DNA of 57,244 nt from Clostridia bacterium. Its GTDB lineage: Bacteria > Bacillota > Clostridia > RUG12999. Of this stretch, positions 26,225 to 36,185 are shown piece after piece. Where the stretch lies: positions 1 to 57,244 of the forward strand of contig JAZNOL010000014.1 in assembly GCA_045580815.1 (NCBI GenBank), given 5' to 3'. The notes under the pieces were generated by a model that was not told the DNA's origin, searched no databases, and saw only the letters and a program-made list of their open reading frames with translations. The position numbers and the translations under genes are program-made. Every line of letters starts with the position of its first letter. Position 1 is the first letter of the stretch.

Positions 26225-28421
26225 GAGTTACCCTATCCTTGAGTTCTGCTTTTTTTGCGGAGTTCCAGCTGTTTACGCTACCAACAAGGTAACCTGTGAT
26301 ACGCTGAATAACATCAATGTTTTCGCTGCCGCAAACAGGGCATTTTTCAATGTCTTTTTCAGAGTTTTCAAATCCGCAGTCAAGACATCTTGTTCTTGTA
26401 TGGTTAACAGAACCGTAACCGATGTTGTATTTATCCATAAGGTCAACTGTCTGCATGATGCAATCAGGATTATGTGTCGCATCGCCGTCAAGTTCAACGT
26501 AGAAGATATGACCGGCATTTTCAAGATCATGATACGGACCTTCAATTTTGGCTTTGTGTTCTACGCTGCATTTGTACCAAACCGGAACGTGAGAGCTGTT
26601 TGTGTAATATTCTTTATCAGTAATATTTTCGATTTCGCCAAACATTTCTCTGTCACGTTTTGTAAATCTGCCACTGAGACCTTCTGCCGGTGTTGCAAGA
26701 AGTGTATAGTTGAGATTTTTATCATCAGCGATACGGTCAATTTTGTCTCTCATGAATTTAACAATTTTAAGACCGAGTTCCTGTGCAAGCTCACTTTCGC
26801 CGTGGTGTTTGCCGACAAGTGCAATAAGAGCCTCCGCAAGACCGATAAAGCCGATTGAAAGTGTACCTGATTTGAGGATATCTTCAAGTTTATCGTTAGG
26901 ACCTGCATTTTCACTACCGAACCACATTCCGCTCATAAGAAGCGGGAACTGTTTTTTCAGTGCTGTACGCTGGAATGTGTAACGGTCATAAAGCTGTTCT
27001 GCAACAACATCAATACATTTGTCAAGTTTTTTGAAAAATGTGCTGATTTTTTCATCATAGTTTTCAATATTCATGCACTCAAGAGCAAGACGAACGATGT
27101 TGATTGTCGAGAACGAGAGATTACCTCTTCCGATAGAGCATTTTTCACCGAAACGGTTTCCGTAAACTCTTGTACGGCATCCCATTGTTGCAACTTCATG
27201 CATATAACGTTTCGGGTCGTCTGCTTTCCACAGCTCATCCTGGTTATATGTTGCATCAAGGTTGAGGAAATTGGGGAAAAATCTTTTTGCAGTTACTTTA
27301 CATGCGAGTTTGTAAAGGTCGTAGTTTCTGTCTTCAGGCAGATAGCTTACGCCTCTTTTCTTTTTCCAGATCTGAATCGGGAAAATAGGTGTTTCCCCGT
27401 TGCCTACGCCACGGTATGTTGAATTGAGAATTTCACGAATAATGCAACGTCCCTCAGCGGAAGTATCGGTACCGTAGTTGATTGATGAGAATACAACCTG
27501 GTTACCACCACGGGAATGGATTGTATTCATATTGTGAATAAAGGATTCCATTGCTTGATGAACACGGTTGACAGTCTGGTTCATAGCGTGCTGAACATAT
27601 CTTTCGTCACCTTCAAGACCGTCAAGCGGTTTTTCAAGATAATCATCAAACTCAATATCTTTAAGTGCACTCAAATCTTTACCTGTAAGACCCTCAAGCT
27701 GTTTGATTTCTTCCTGATATGTATATCTTACATAAGGTGCAAGATAAAAATCAAACGCAGGGATTGCCTGTCCGCCATGCATTTCATTTTGAACAGATTC
27801 CATTGATATGCAAGCGATTATTGCCGCTGTTTCAATTCTTTTTGCCGGTCTTGATGCACCGTGACCCGCCCTGAATCCGTTTTCAAGAATCATATCAAGA
27901 GGATGCTGCAGACAGGTAAGTGATTTTGTGGGATAATAGTCAGCATCGTGAATATGGATATAGTTGCTCTTCACATAGTCACGTGTCTGCTGTGACACAA
28001 GCATATCCATAACGAAAGGCTTGGATGTTTCACTTGCAAACTTCATCATCATACCTGCCGGAGTTTCGGCGTTCATGTTTGCGTTTTCTTTTGTAATATC
28101 GTTAGCAATCGTGTTAACGATACCCATATACATTTCGTAAGTTTTACGACCCCTTGCGATATTTCTCTTTTCACGGTACAAGATATAGTCTTTTGCTACA
28201 TTTTTGTACTGTGATTTCATAAGCTCGCCTTCAACAAGGTTCTGAACTTCTTCAATATCAATTACATCAACGTCAAGTGCTTCAATTTTATCAGCAATTT
28301 CGTTTGCACATTTGATGTCATTAACAAAGCTGTGGTTCATAGCTTTGAGTATGGCACTGGTGATTTTTTCTTTGTCAAAATTTTCAATTCTTCCGTCACG
28401 TTTACGAATGTTTCTTACCAT
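26214..28421 (-). CDS. nrdD: Class III anaerobic ribonucleoside-triphosphate reductase with ATP cone
   Basis: KRDGRIENFD ATP cone, IHIHD, HGGQ, MGCR, GRGNLSF, TPAEGL, YYTNS, CLDC/CPVC and glycyl-radical RITGYL; start ATG 28421 after GGAGG. Confidence 0.97.
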   Translation of the reverse strand: MVRNIRKRDGRIENFDKEKITSAILKAMNHSFVNDIKCANEIADKIEALDVDVIDIEEVQNLVEGELMKSQYKNVAKDYILYREKRNIARGRKTYEMYMGIVNTIANDITKENANMNAETPAGMMMKFASETSKPFVMDMLVSQQTRDYVKSNYIHIHDADYYPTKSLTCLQHPLDMILENGFRAGHGASRPAKRIETAAIIACISMESVQNEMHGGQAIPAFDFYLAPYVRYTYQEEIKQLEGLTGKDLSALKDIEFDDYLEKPLDGLEGDERYVQHAMNQTVNRVHQAMESFIHNMNTIHSRGGNQVVFSSINYGTDTSAEGRCIIREILNSTYRGVGNGETPIFPIQIWKKKRGVSYLPEDRNYDLYKLACKVTAKRFFPNFLNLDATYNQDELWKADDPKRYMHEVATMGCRTRVYGNRFGEKCSIGRGNLSFSTINIVRLALECMNIENYDEKISTFFKKLDKCIDVVAEQLYDRYTFQRTALKKQFPLLMSGMWFGSENAGPNDKLEDILKSGTLSIGFIGLAEALIALVGKHHGESELAQELGLKIVKFMRDKIDRIADDKNLNYTLLATPAEGLSGRFTKRDREMFGEIENITDKEYYTNSSHVPVWYKCSVEHKAKIEGPYHDLENAGHIFYVELDGDATHNPDCIMQTVDLMDKYNIGYGSVNHTRTRCLDCGFENSEKDIEKCPVCGSENIDVIQRITGYLVGSVNSWNSAKKAELKDRVTHGF

Positions 28422-28493
28422 AAATAACCTTCCTCCAAATCCATTTTTATCGTATTGTATCAGCCGCAAACCATTTGTGCGGCAATCTTTTTA

Positions 28494-28541
28494 TCGCAAC
28501 ATCTCGTGTTTGATGTCGCCTTCAAACACAATATCTTGTGT
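28494..28541. promoter_or_regulatory. Tandem NrdR boxes
   Basis: ACACAATATCTTGTGT (28526-28541) plus degenerate TCGCAACATCTCGTGT (28494-28509), 32 bp apart, between the promoter and nrdD. Confidence 0.85.
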
Positions 28542-28554
28542 TAGTGCGTTTATA

Positions 28555-28582
28555 ATTATATCATTTTATAGAAAAATGTCAA
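28555..28582 (-). promoter_or_regulatory. sigmaA promoter of nrdDG
   Basis: TTGACA-16 nt-TATAAT with extended TG. Confidence 0.75.
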
Positions 28583-28741
28583 TACTTTTTTCAATAATTT
28601 TTGCAAAAAAATTATTTTTGTACACTATATACAATTTTTGTGCTATGTTTTTGTGGATTTTTTTGTTTACAGAAAAAAAGAACATTTTCAGCGGTTGGTC
28701 TTAAAGATGAATCGCCGTTCATATTCCCCTTTTTCATTATA

Positions 28742-31700
28742 TTATCTTATTATTTCAAGTTCAGGAGATTTCAAGATACCAACCTTTTTAAGACAGTATT
28801 CATAACTCCATTCATCCCCTGTTGTTTTCCATGATGCCGGTCCCAACCATTCGTATTTATCAAGTGGCAGATGTAGGTTTCCAAACGTATTTACGCGGTT
28901 ACCGTACAATTTAAATTCTACTGTGTGTTTGCCGGATTTCAGATTTTCAAAAGATGCCGTATATGGTGCAAAAACGATTATTCTACTTTCTTGACCATCC
29001 AGTGTAACACGCACAAGTGCACCCTCATAATGCGGAACACGGATATTTAGTTTTCTACATTGCGGCAAATCAACTTCGGTTTTATAAGTGATATTCCCAC
29101 CGTAAAACGGCATTCCCTGCGATGTTATATCGCTAAACGCGATGTCTGCTGTCTTTTGCACAATAGTTTTTTCACACCCTCTTACTTTAACATCAAAATC
29201 ACCTGTTATATACATATTTTCAAGGGTGATTCTGTTTGTTACTGGAACAAGTACTTCAAATGTATTTTCTCCTTTTTTCAGTGCAGGCAGGTTATAGCGC
29301 TTAATTGACTTGTCAACAAACCAGCCGTTTTCTTTAAGCTCAACATTTCTGCCGTTGACTTTCAAATTAATAAGTTCCTCTGCACATAAATACACATCGT
29401 TAAGTTCAATTTCGGAATTAACATTAAATATATATGTAACAAAATGCTCGGGTGTTTGAGGGTTAAGCACCCACGGCTGAACAAGACTTGTTTCTATACC
29501 GCATTTTTTGCGAACAATATCATCTATTCGCAAAACTTCCTCTTCGGGATAAATCTTTTCATTGTCGTCAATTTTGTATGAAACCATATCAACAACATAG
29601 ACATTATCTTCTTCACGCTGAAAATAAACACATTTACGAAATGAAAAAATGTCACCGGATTCTTCTGTTCTTTCTTCTTTCTGCACTGGTTTTACAGTAT
29701 AGTCAGTCAGTTTATAAAGCAAGCTGTCGCACGCATTTACTGTTTTTTTAATAATGGTTTTTCCGTCTGATACATCTGCATTTACAGGATAAATTTCGCC
29801 TGTAATCGTATCATAAAGAGTAACGTCAAACTCACCGCTTAATACAAAACGGACTTTTTTTGCTTTCGGAGCATTTTTGTTATCAGATTGCGGGTTATTG
29901 TTGTAAACTGTTTTCCCGTGTGCAATAAACAGCCATTTGCAGTCATTATCCTCACGCAAAGAATAAAGAAGCTCATTACAACTATTGTTGTCTATTGCAT
30001 TTCTCATATCAACAAATCTGTATGGTAGCAACTCCGAAAGAATTGACGCTTTATCAAAAGCAACATGCTTTGATACGTCATAAAGCGGCTTAACATCATT
30101 TGTAATGCTTCCGCCAATCATTTTGGGACAGTCACCTGTAAATATGAGTTCTCCCCCGTTTTTGACGTATTTTTCAAGAATTTTAAGGGTAGATTCACGA
30201 AGATTGATACAACCAGGTACAATTACAGTGCTGTATTTCATTTCCTGCATTTTAAGAAATTTACCGTCGGCATCACCGTCTTTTTCAAGAAGTGATTCAG
30301 AAATAAAATCGAAATCAATTCCACCAAAAAGAAGCCACTCTGTCAGTGTTTCAAAATTTTTATTAAGTTGATTTATTATTTCGCCGTTTCGGTCGTTGGG
30401 TCCCCACGATACCCATGTGCTTTCAACTGGATGGATTACTGCAACATCAACTATAGCTTTACCTCGTGTCATTACTGTGTTTAATCTTGAAAAATGATTT
30501 TCTATATAAGAATATTCTTTATACCACGGTGCCTGATAATTTATGCTTGCCGGATAATCACGTTTTGCCGTTCCTTTCATAGAAACCCAGGACAAATGCG
30601 GAACACGCAATGTTATACCGAGAGCTGCCTGCCAGTCACCCTGCAATTTGTGTCCTCTGAAATCATAATGCCATCCCGTAACGCCGTACAGTTCTGACAT
30701 AACTCCTTCTTTGCCATACTGACGTGCAACAGACTGCACTTGTTTTGCCGTATTATAATTGTGCCAATCACAAAGCATATCTATTCCGGGGATGCCAAAA
30801 TGCTTATAATGCCTCATGGCTTCTCCCAAAACTACTGTCTGACTAATGAGATTATCTTCACTCAGCAAATGACCTGTAAAATGTATTCCGTTTTTTTCGC
30901 ACCAATCGCCACATTGTTTCACGTATGCTTTCCGGAACATTTCACAGGAACATTCGTGGTAAAAATAGCGAACACTTCTGTCTCCGTCTTTTCTGTCCCA
31001 AATAAGCTCAGGCAGACGTTTTTTGATATCAATACCATAATTTTTCATCATTATATCCGGCAGAGAAAATGTCCAGGCGATACCGCCTATTTTATCTGTC
31101 GATTTGCATGATTCCGGTCTTGAAACAAAACCTCTTGCCGGTTCGTCAGTAAATATTGACGGCACAGTTCTATCAAACTCGTCACCGACAGCCTGTTTGT
31201 ATTCTTCATAAGTTATATCAATAAAGTTTTTGATTGCTTCTTCGTTTAATGTATCAACATACGCCTGATTATTATATCGCGGATTGTCTTTTTCGGTATC
31301 AACATACGCATACCATTTTGTTCCGGTTGTCTTTTCGTCTTCGTCAATTTTTCGATAGCTTTCAAGAAGACCATCCTTGTCAAGAACCACATCATAAGTA
31401 GCCAAAAGATAATCTCCACCTGTTTTTACTGCATCTTCAAAAGGTATTGTATCTTCTCTTTTTCTAATTGTCATTACCAAATCTTTTTTACGAAACCGTT
31501 TTTCTTTTGTTACAAGACCTCCGGCAAAACCCGATGGCCATCGGTCTTCATCATAAAGGTACGAAAGCATCTTTTCTTTTTTGGCTTTATCTGTACAAGC
31601 TTTTACTAAATCCATAAACTCTTTGCTAAGATATTCTGTTGCCATACCGGCACGACTGTGCATATGGAATCCACCAAAGCCCATTTCTTTTAAAATATCT

Positions 31701-31831
31701 ATTTGACGAAGAAGCTCATCCTTATTTAGTTCACAGTTCCACGCCCAAAATGGCGTTCCTTTGTATTCACTTGTCGGATTTTTAAAAAGTTCTTTTGAAA
31801 GTTTTGCTTCTACAGTTTTTTTATACAGCAT
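28742..31831 (-). CDS. Large cytoplasmic glycoside hydrolase, GH106 (alpha-L-rhamnosidase)-like
   Basis: PFWAWN, GFGGFHMHSRAG, LYDEDRWPSG, IFTDEP, TGH, PGID, SELYG, LGI..RVPH, C-terminal GMPFYGG beta-sandwich; no signal peptide; start ATG 31831 after AGGAG. Confidence 0.75.
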   Translation of the reverse strand: MLYKKTVEAKLSKELFKNPTSEYKGTPFWAWNCELNKDELLRQIDILKEMGFGGFHMHSRAGMATEYLSKEFMDLVKACTDKAKKEKMLSYLYDEDRWPSGFAGGLVTKEKRFRKKDLVMTIRKREDTIPFEDAVKTGGDYLLATYDVVLDKDGLLESYRKIDEDEKTTGTKWYAYVDTEKDNPRYNNQAYVDTLNEEAIKNFIDITYEEYKQAVGDEFDRTVPSIFTDEPARGFVSRPESCKSTDKIGGIAWTFSLPDIMMKNYGIDIKKRLPELIWDRKDGDRSVRYFYHECSCEMFRKAYVKQCGDWCEKNGIHFTGHLLSEDNLISQTVVLGEAMRHYKHFGIPGIDMLCDWHNYNTAKQVQSVARQYGKEGVMSELYGVTGWHYDFRGHKLQGDWQAALGITLRVPHLSWVSMKGTAKRDYPASINYQAPWYKEYSYIENHFSRLNTVMTRGKAIVDVAVIHPVESTWVSWGPNDRNGEIINQLNKNFETLTEWLLFGGIDFDFISESLLEKDGDADGKFLKMQEMKYSTVIVPGCINLRESTLKILEKYVKNGGELIFTGDCPKMIGGSITNDVKPLYDVSKHVAFDKASILSELLPYRFVDMRNAIDNNSCNELLYSLREDNDCKWLFIAHGKTVYNNNPQSDNKNAPKAKKVRFVLSGEFDVTLYDTITGEIYPVNADVSDGKTIIKKTVNACDSLLYKLTDYTVKPVQKEERTEESGDIFSFRKCVYFQREEDNVYVVDMVSYKIDDNEKIYPEEEVLRIDDIVRKKCGIETSLVQPWVLNPQTPEHFVTYIFNVNSEIELNDVYLCAEELINLKVNGRNVELKENGWFVDKSIKRYNLPALKKGENTFEVLVPVTNRITLENMYITGDFDVKVRGCEKTIVQKTADIAFSDITSQGMPFYGGNITYKTEVDLPQCRKLNIRVPHYEGALVRVTLDGQESRIIVFAPYTASFENLKSGKHTVEFKLYGNRVNTFGNLHLPLDKYEWLGPASWKTTGDEWSYEYCLKKVGILKSPELEIIR

Positions 31832-31868
31832 AAATATCTCTCCTATTTTTGACGCATATAATTTTAAC

Positions 31869-31897
31869 AATAAAACCGCCAAGAAGGCGGTTTTATT
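31869..31897 (-). terminator. Intrinsic terminator after the FnlA-like gene
   Basis: AATAAAACCGCC-AAGAA-GGCGGTTTTATT abutting the stop codon. Confidence 0.85.
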
Positions 31898-32937
31898 TAT
31901 TTGTTATTCCATGTTGCAAGTTCATCTCTTACATATTGAATTGTCAAAAGTTTTTCTTTAACTTCTTCAATAGAAAGCTGAGTAGTATTGTTTGAGTTAA
32001 ATTCTACCGGTTTTTCTGCATGTATCGTTCCTTTTACAAAGAATTTATCGTAATTTAAATCGCGGTTATCTGCACTAACTTGATAAAACTTACCTTTATC
32101 AACCGCACGTGCACATTCTTCTGTTGTGAGCAATGTTTCATACATTTTTTCGCCATGACGTATTCCTATTATCTGAATTTCGTTATCGGCATTAAACAGC
32201 TCTTTAACTGCTTGTGCAAGCACACCAATTGTGCATGCAGGTGCTTTCTGAATAAGAATATTACCACTGTCGGCATTTTCGAATGCATACAGAACAAGTT
32301 CAACAGCTTCTTCAAGACTCATCAAAAATCTGGTCATATCAGGATCTGTGACTGTAAGAGGAAGACCAGTTTTTATTCTATCGATAAAAAGCGGAATTAC
32401 CGAGCCCCTCGAGCACATAACGTTGCCATATCTTGTGCAACAAATAAGTGTCTCTTTAGGGTCAATAGTTCTGGATTTAGCAATAGCGACACTTTCCATC
32501 ATTGCCTTCGACTTACCCATGGCATTGATGGGATACGCAGCTTTATCGGTAGAAAGACATATTACTTTTTTTACTCCGTTTGCTATTGCCGCAGTAAGAA
32601 CATTATCTGTTCCTATTACATTTGTACGTACAGCCTCCATAGGAAAAAATTCACATGACGGCACTTGTTTTAGTGCAGCGGCATGAAAAACATAATCCAC
32701 TCCGCGCATCACTGTCATAACAGAATCAAGATTACGCACATCACCTATATGAAATTTTATTTTATTCGCATATTCCGGGTACAGTTCCTGATATTCGTGG
32801 CGCATATCATCCTGTTTTTTTTCATCACGGGAAAATATGCGTATTTCTTTAATATCTGTACTAAGAAAACGTTTAAGTGTTGCGTTCCCAAAAGAACCGG
32901 TACCTCCGGTTATTAATAAAACCTTATCTTTAAACAT
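31897..32937 (-). CDS. fnlA: UDP-GlcNAc 4,6-dehydratase/epimerase, FnlA/WbjB/CapE type (polysaccharide biosynthesis protein)
   Basis: LITGGTGSFG, IFSRDEKKQDDMR, HAAALKQVPSCEFFP.EAV.TN, LSTDKA.YP.NAMG.SKA, TRYGNVM.SRGSVIPLF, GIRHGEK.YETL, DNRDLNY. Confidence 0.88.
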   Translation of the reverse strand: MFKDKVLLITGGTGSFGNATLKRFLSTDIKEIRIFSRDEKKQDDMRHEYQELYPEYANKIKFHIGDVRNLDSVMTVMRGVDYVFHAAALKQVPSCEFFPMEAVRTNVIGTDNVLTAAIANGVKKVICLSTDKAAYPINAMGKSKAMMESVAIAKSRTIDPKETLICCTRYGNVMCSRGSVIPLFIDRIKTGLPLTVTDPDMTRFLMSLEEAVELVLYAFENADSGNILIQKAPACTIGVLAQAVKELFNADNEIQIIGIRHGEKMYETLLTTEECARAVDKGKFYQVSADNRDLNYDKFFVKGTIHAEKPVEFNSNNTTQLSIEEVKEKLLTIQYVRDELATWNNK

Positions 32938-32962
32938 AAAAACCTTCTCTTTTCACTATGAT

Positions 32963-33451
32963 TTAGCTGATGAGCCATCCCAAAAAAGGTGCTACACCGC
33001 TTGCAATAAGATAATATACAACAGAAACAATAATTGCCGCAATACAAACACCCAGAAGTATTGCCGGTAATGCGTATTTAAAACGCATATCTAAAAGTGC
33101 GGCAATCAGAGCACCTGTCCAAGCTCCAGTACCGGGAAGTGGGAGTGCAACAAACAACACCAAACCCCAAGCACTGTATTTCATAACATTTCCCGATTTT
33201 TTAAAGGCTTTTCCTTCTATTTTTTGTACAACAGGAGCAATGCGTTCTCTTTTTTTTAGCCAATTAAATATTCGCCGAACAAAAAGAAGTATGAATGGTA
33301 TTGGCAACATATTTCCAATTACACATATAACTGCAGCCACAACAACATGAATATCATGTGCCAATGCATATGGCAATGCGGCACGAAGTTCTACGACAGG
33401 AAGCATAGATATGAAAAATGTCCACAATGTTTCCGAAACCAGATTATCCAT
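32963..33451 (-). CDS. Small multi-drug-export-like membrane protein (COG2426-like)
   Basis: SMLPVVELRAALP, GNMLPIPFIL and LFVALPLPGTGAWTGAL.A.LL. Confidence 0.85.
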   Translation of the reverse strand: MDNLVSETLWTFFISMLPVVELRAALPYALAHDIHVVVAAVICVIGNMLPIPFILLFVRRIFNWLKKRERIAPVVQKIEGKAFKKSGNVMKYSAWGLVLFVALPLPGTGAWTGALIAALLDMRFKYALPAILLGVCIAAIIVSVVYYLIASGVAPFLGWLIS

Positions 33452-33469
33452 TTATAAAACTCCTATTAA

Positions 33470-34576
33470 TTAATATATATATGGAACAGGATTAACCTTT
33501 TTGCCGTTGATAATTACTTCAAAATGCAAATGAGGACCGGTTGACCATCCGGTATTTCCAACAGCTGCAATCGCTTCACCACGTTGTACCGTTTGACCTT
33601 GAGTAACGTATATTTTGCTTGCATGAGCATAAAGAGTTGAGCTTCCGTCACCATGGTTGATTATGACATATTTTCCGTAACCATAGCTTCCGTTAACAAC
33701 ACGTGTAACTGTACCGGACTCTGCTGCAAGAATTGATTTTCCGTGTATTCCTGCTGCAGCCAGATCAATGCCTGTGTGATTGCTGGGAGCAGGGTCTGTA
33801 CGATATCCAAAAGGACATGTCATATAGGCACTTACAGCAAGAGGCCAGTGCATCTTACCACCTTTAGGAGTATATGTAACATTTGATTCAACAGCCGAAC
33901 GCGATCTGGCTTCTTCCTCTTGCATCTGTCTTACAGCTTTTTCATATTCTTTTCTATAAGCTGCCTGATCGGCTTTTAACTCATTCATGAGTGCGTTTTG
34001 TTTTGCTGATAAAACCTCATATTGTTCTTGCTGAGCAATAACAATAGATCTTGCCTCATCCTGCTGAATTCGTTTTGCTTCAATTTGAGATTTTTCGGTT
34101 TCAATACCGCTTTTTATAGCAGCAATTTCATTAATCATGTTTTTGTCATGACGAACTATATCACCAACAAGTGTAAGTCGTAATAAGAAATCCGAAAAAC
34201 TTTTTGCCCCAAAAATAACATCAAGATATGTAAACGAACCATTTTCTTGTAAAGCACGCAATCGCTCTTCAAAACTCTCTTGTTTTATTTCAAGCTTTTT
34301 TTGAGCTTCACCAATACGTGTATTACAATCTGCTATTTCAACATCCAAACCGCGAATAATACCATTGTAATATTCGATATCATCATCTAATTCATCGGCA
34401 AGGCTATCATAATACAGTTTTTTCGATTCTGCATCAGAATATTCTTTTTCGGCTTTTTCAATTTTTCTTTGCATTTCTGCTTTCTTTTCTGCGGCAGTTT
34501 GAGCCAATACATTAAGCGAAGAAAACGCAATTACAAATGCAAGTAAACAATAAATAAACTTTTTTGTTGTACGCAT
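33470..34576 (-). CDS. Secreted coiled-coil + M23 peptidase (FtsEX-partner murein hydrolase/activator)
   Basis: Signal peptide, long coiled coil, HTGID, YG.YVIINHG, TLYAH and STGPHLHFEV (metal ligands intact); follows ftsX. Confidence 0.92.
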   Translation of the reverse strand: MRTTKKFIYCLLAFVIAFSSLNVLAQTAAEKKAEMQRKIEKAEKEYSDAESKKLYYDSLADELDDDIEYYNGIIRGLDVEIADCNTRIGEAQKKLEIKQESFEERLRALQENGSFTYLDVIFGAKSFSDFLLRLTLVGDIVRHDKNMINEIAAIKSGIETEKSQIEAKRIQQDEARSIVIAQQEQYEVLSAKQNALMNELKADQAAYRKEYEKAVRQMQEEEARSRSAVESNVTYTPKGGKMHWPLAVSAYMTCPFGYRTDPAPSNHTGIDLAAAGIHGKSILAAESGTVTRVVNGSYGYGKYVIINHGDGSSTLYAHASKIYVTQGQTVQRGEAIAAVGNTGWSTGPHLHFEVIINGKKVNPVPYIY

Positions 34577-34591
34577 AAAATCTCCTATTTA

Positions 34592-35479
34592 TCAATCTGT
34601 ATGAAGATATTTTCTTACAGAAAGTGTACTACCTATTGCACCGAGCAATCCGCCTGACAGAATAAACATAATAAATAACATCATTGAAATCTCGTTTAGC
34701 GGAATAAGTTTAAAAAGACCTATAAGCAATCCGGACCACCATCCTACTATCGCTTTATAGCCGAAATATATGGGTAAATATGCTATAATTCCGCCAATAA
34801 GACCAACTATTATACCTTCAATAACAAACGGATTTCTTATAAAAGCATTTGTTGCTCCTACCGACTTCATAATCGCAATTTCACGTTTTCTTGACATAAG
34901 AGCAAGCTTAATAGTGTTGGAAATAATAAACACCGCTATAATTGAAAAAATAAGCATTGCAAACAAACTTACATGACTTGCTACACTTGTAAAAGTAGTT
35001 ATGCCGTTTAATATATCAGTCCTGTTTGATACACTGGATATTCCTTCAATTACTTTTAGTGAATTTTCAACTTCGCTCGCTTTTGAAATGTCTGTCAAAG
35101 TAATTTTATATGAAAATTTAAGCGGATTATCTTCCTCAAGCCCGGTTAATGCAGCATCATTATCCATCATGCCACGCACAACTTCAAGTGCTTCTTCTTT
35201 TGTTGAAAATTTTGCAGCTTTTACTCCTGCAACAGCATCTATGTTATGTTGTAGTGCACGCGCTTGTTCTTCTGTATACTCAAGCTCAACAAAAGCATGT
35301 ACCTCAAACTGCGATTCAAGTTGAGTGGAAATATAATTTAGATTTACGCCAAAAATCGTGGCAATTCCAAGTAAAAAAAGACTAAACAAAATTGTGGTTA
35401 TGCTTATAAAAACCATAAGCTTATTTTTGAAAATATTTTCAAATGATTGGGAAATATAATATCTTACCGCATTAAACAT
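34592..35479 (-). CDS. ftsX: Cell division permease FtsX
   Basis: TM1 plus periplasmic domain (NPL..SY.I), IISNTIKL....KREIAIMK.VGAT..FIR.PF.IEG; start ATG 35479 overlapping the ftsE stop. Confidence 0.93.
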   Translation of the reverse strand: MFNAVRYYISQSFENIFKNKLMVFISITTILFSLFLLGIATIFGVNLNYISTQLESQFEVHAFVELEYTEEQARALQHNIDAVAGVKAAKFSTKEEALEVVRGMMDNDAALTGLEEDNPLKFSYKITLTDISKASEVENSLKVIEGISSVSNRTDILNGITTFTSVASHVSLFAMLIFSIIAVFIISNTIKLALMSRKREIAIMKSVGATNAFIRNPFVIEGIIVGLIGGIIAYLPIYFGYKAIVGWWSGLLIGLFKLIPLNEISMMLFIMFILSGGLLGAIGSTLSVRKYLHTD

Positions 35480-36152
35480 AACTGTATCCTCCCTGCTCAT
35501 CGTGCACAACTTCACCTTTTTCAATTGTTATAACACGTTTTTGCATTTCGTCAACAATAGACGTTGAATGCGTTACCATAACAACGGTTGTCCCCTGTTT
35601 ATTTATATCATCAAGGATTTGCATAATATCAGCCGCTGTTTTAACATCAAGGTTTCCGGTAGGCTCATCTGCAATTATAAGATGTGGTTTGTTTGCAAGT
35701 GCCCTGGCAATACCAACTCTCTGTTGTTCTCCGCCGGAAAGCTGATTTGGATAAGACTTTGCTTTTGATGTAAGATTTACCATACTTAAAACATCAGGTA
35801 TTCTTCTTCTGATTTGTCTTCTGCTGGCACCGATAACCTCCATAGCAAAAGCAATATTTTCATAGACTGTTTTATTGGGAAGAAGTCTAAAATCCTGAAA
35901 AACAATGCCCATACTACGCCTTAAATAAGGCACGTCTTTCTTTTTCATATTAGTTACATCAAACTGACCCACCCGAACATGCCCGCTATCAGGCAGTTCT
36001 TCGTGAGTCATGAGTTTTGTTATTGTTGATTTTCCGGCACCGCTGGGTCCGACTATAAATACAAATTCGCCTTTCTGTATATGAAAGGATGCATTTTGCA
36101 GTGCCGTAAGTTTTCCATCATATATTTTTGTAACATTGTCAAAAAATATCAT
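35472..36152 (-). CDS. ftsE: Cell division ATP-binding protein FtsE
   Basis: GEFVFIVGPSGAGKST, RR.MGIVFQDFRLL..KTVYEN, LSGGEQQR, ADEPTGNLD. Confidence 0.96.
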   Translation of the reverse strand: MIFFDNVTKIYDGKLTALQNASFHIQKGEFVFIVGPSGAGKSTITKLMTHEELPDSGHVRVGQFDVTNMKKKDVPYLRRSMGIVFQDFRLLPNKTVYENIAFAMEVIGASRRQIRRRIPDVLSMVNLTSKAKSYPNQLSGGEQQRVGIARALANKPHLIIADEPTGNLDVKTAADIMQILDDINKQGTTVVMVTHSTSIVDEMQKRVITIEKGEVVHDEQGGYSYV

Positions 36153-36185
36153 ATCAAAATTCCTCTTTTGAATTCTAAAAAACCA

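Noticed and set aside
26214-28421. Intein or intron in nrdD
   Set aside because: Length (about 735 aa) and motif spacing are normal, with no Cys/Ser...His-Asn splice signatures or LAGLIDADG motifs.
18864-28834. Weak similarity between the intergenic segments at about 18925-18975 and 28665-28710 (LQKK...GLKD in shadow ORFs)
   Set aside because: Both are A-tract/terminator regions; the similarity is short and explained by composition.
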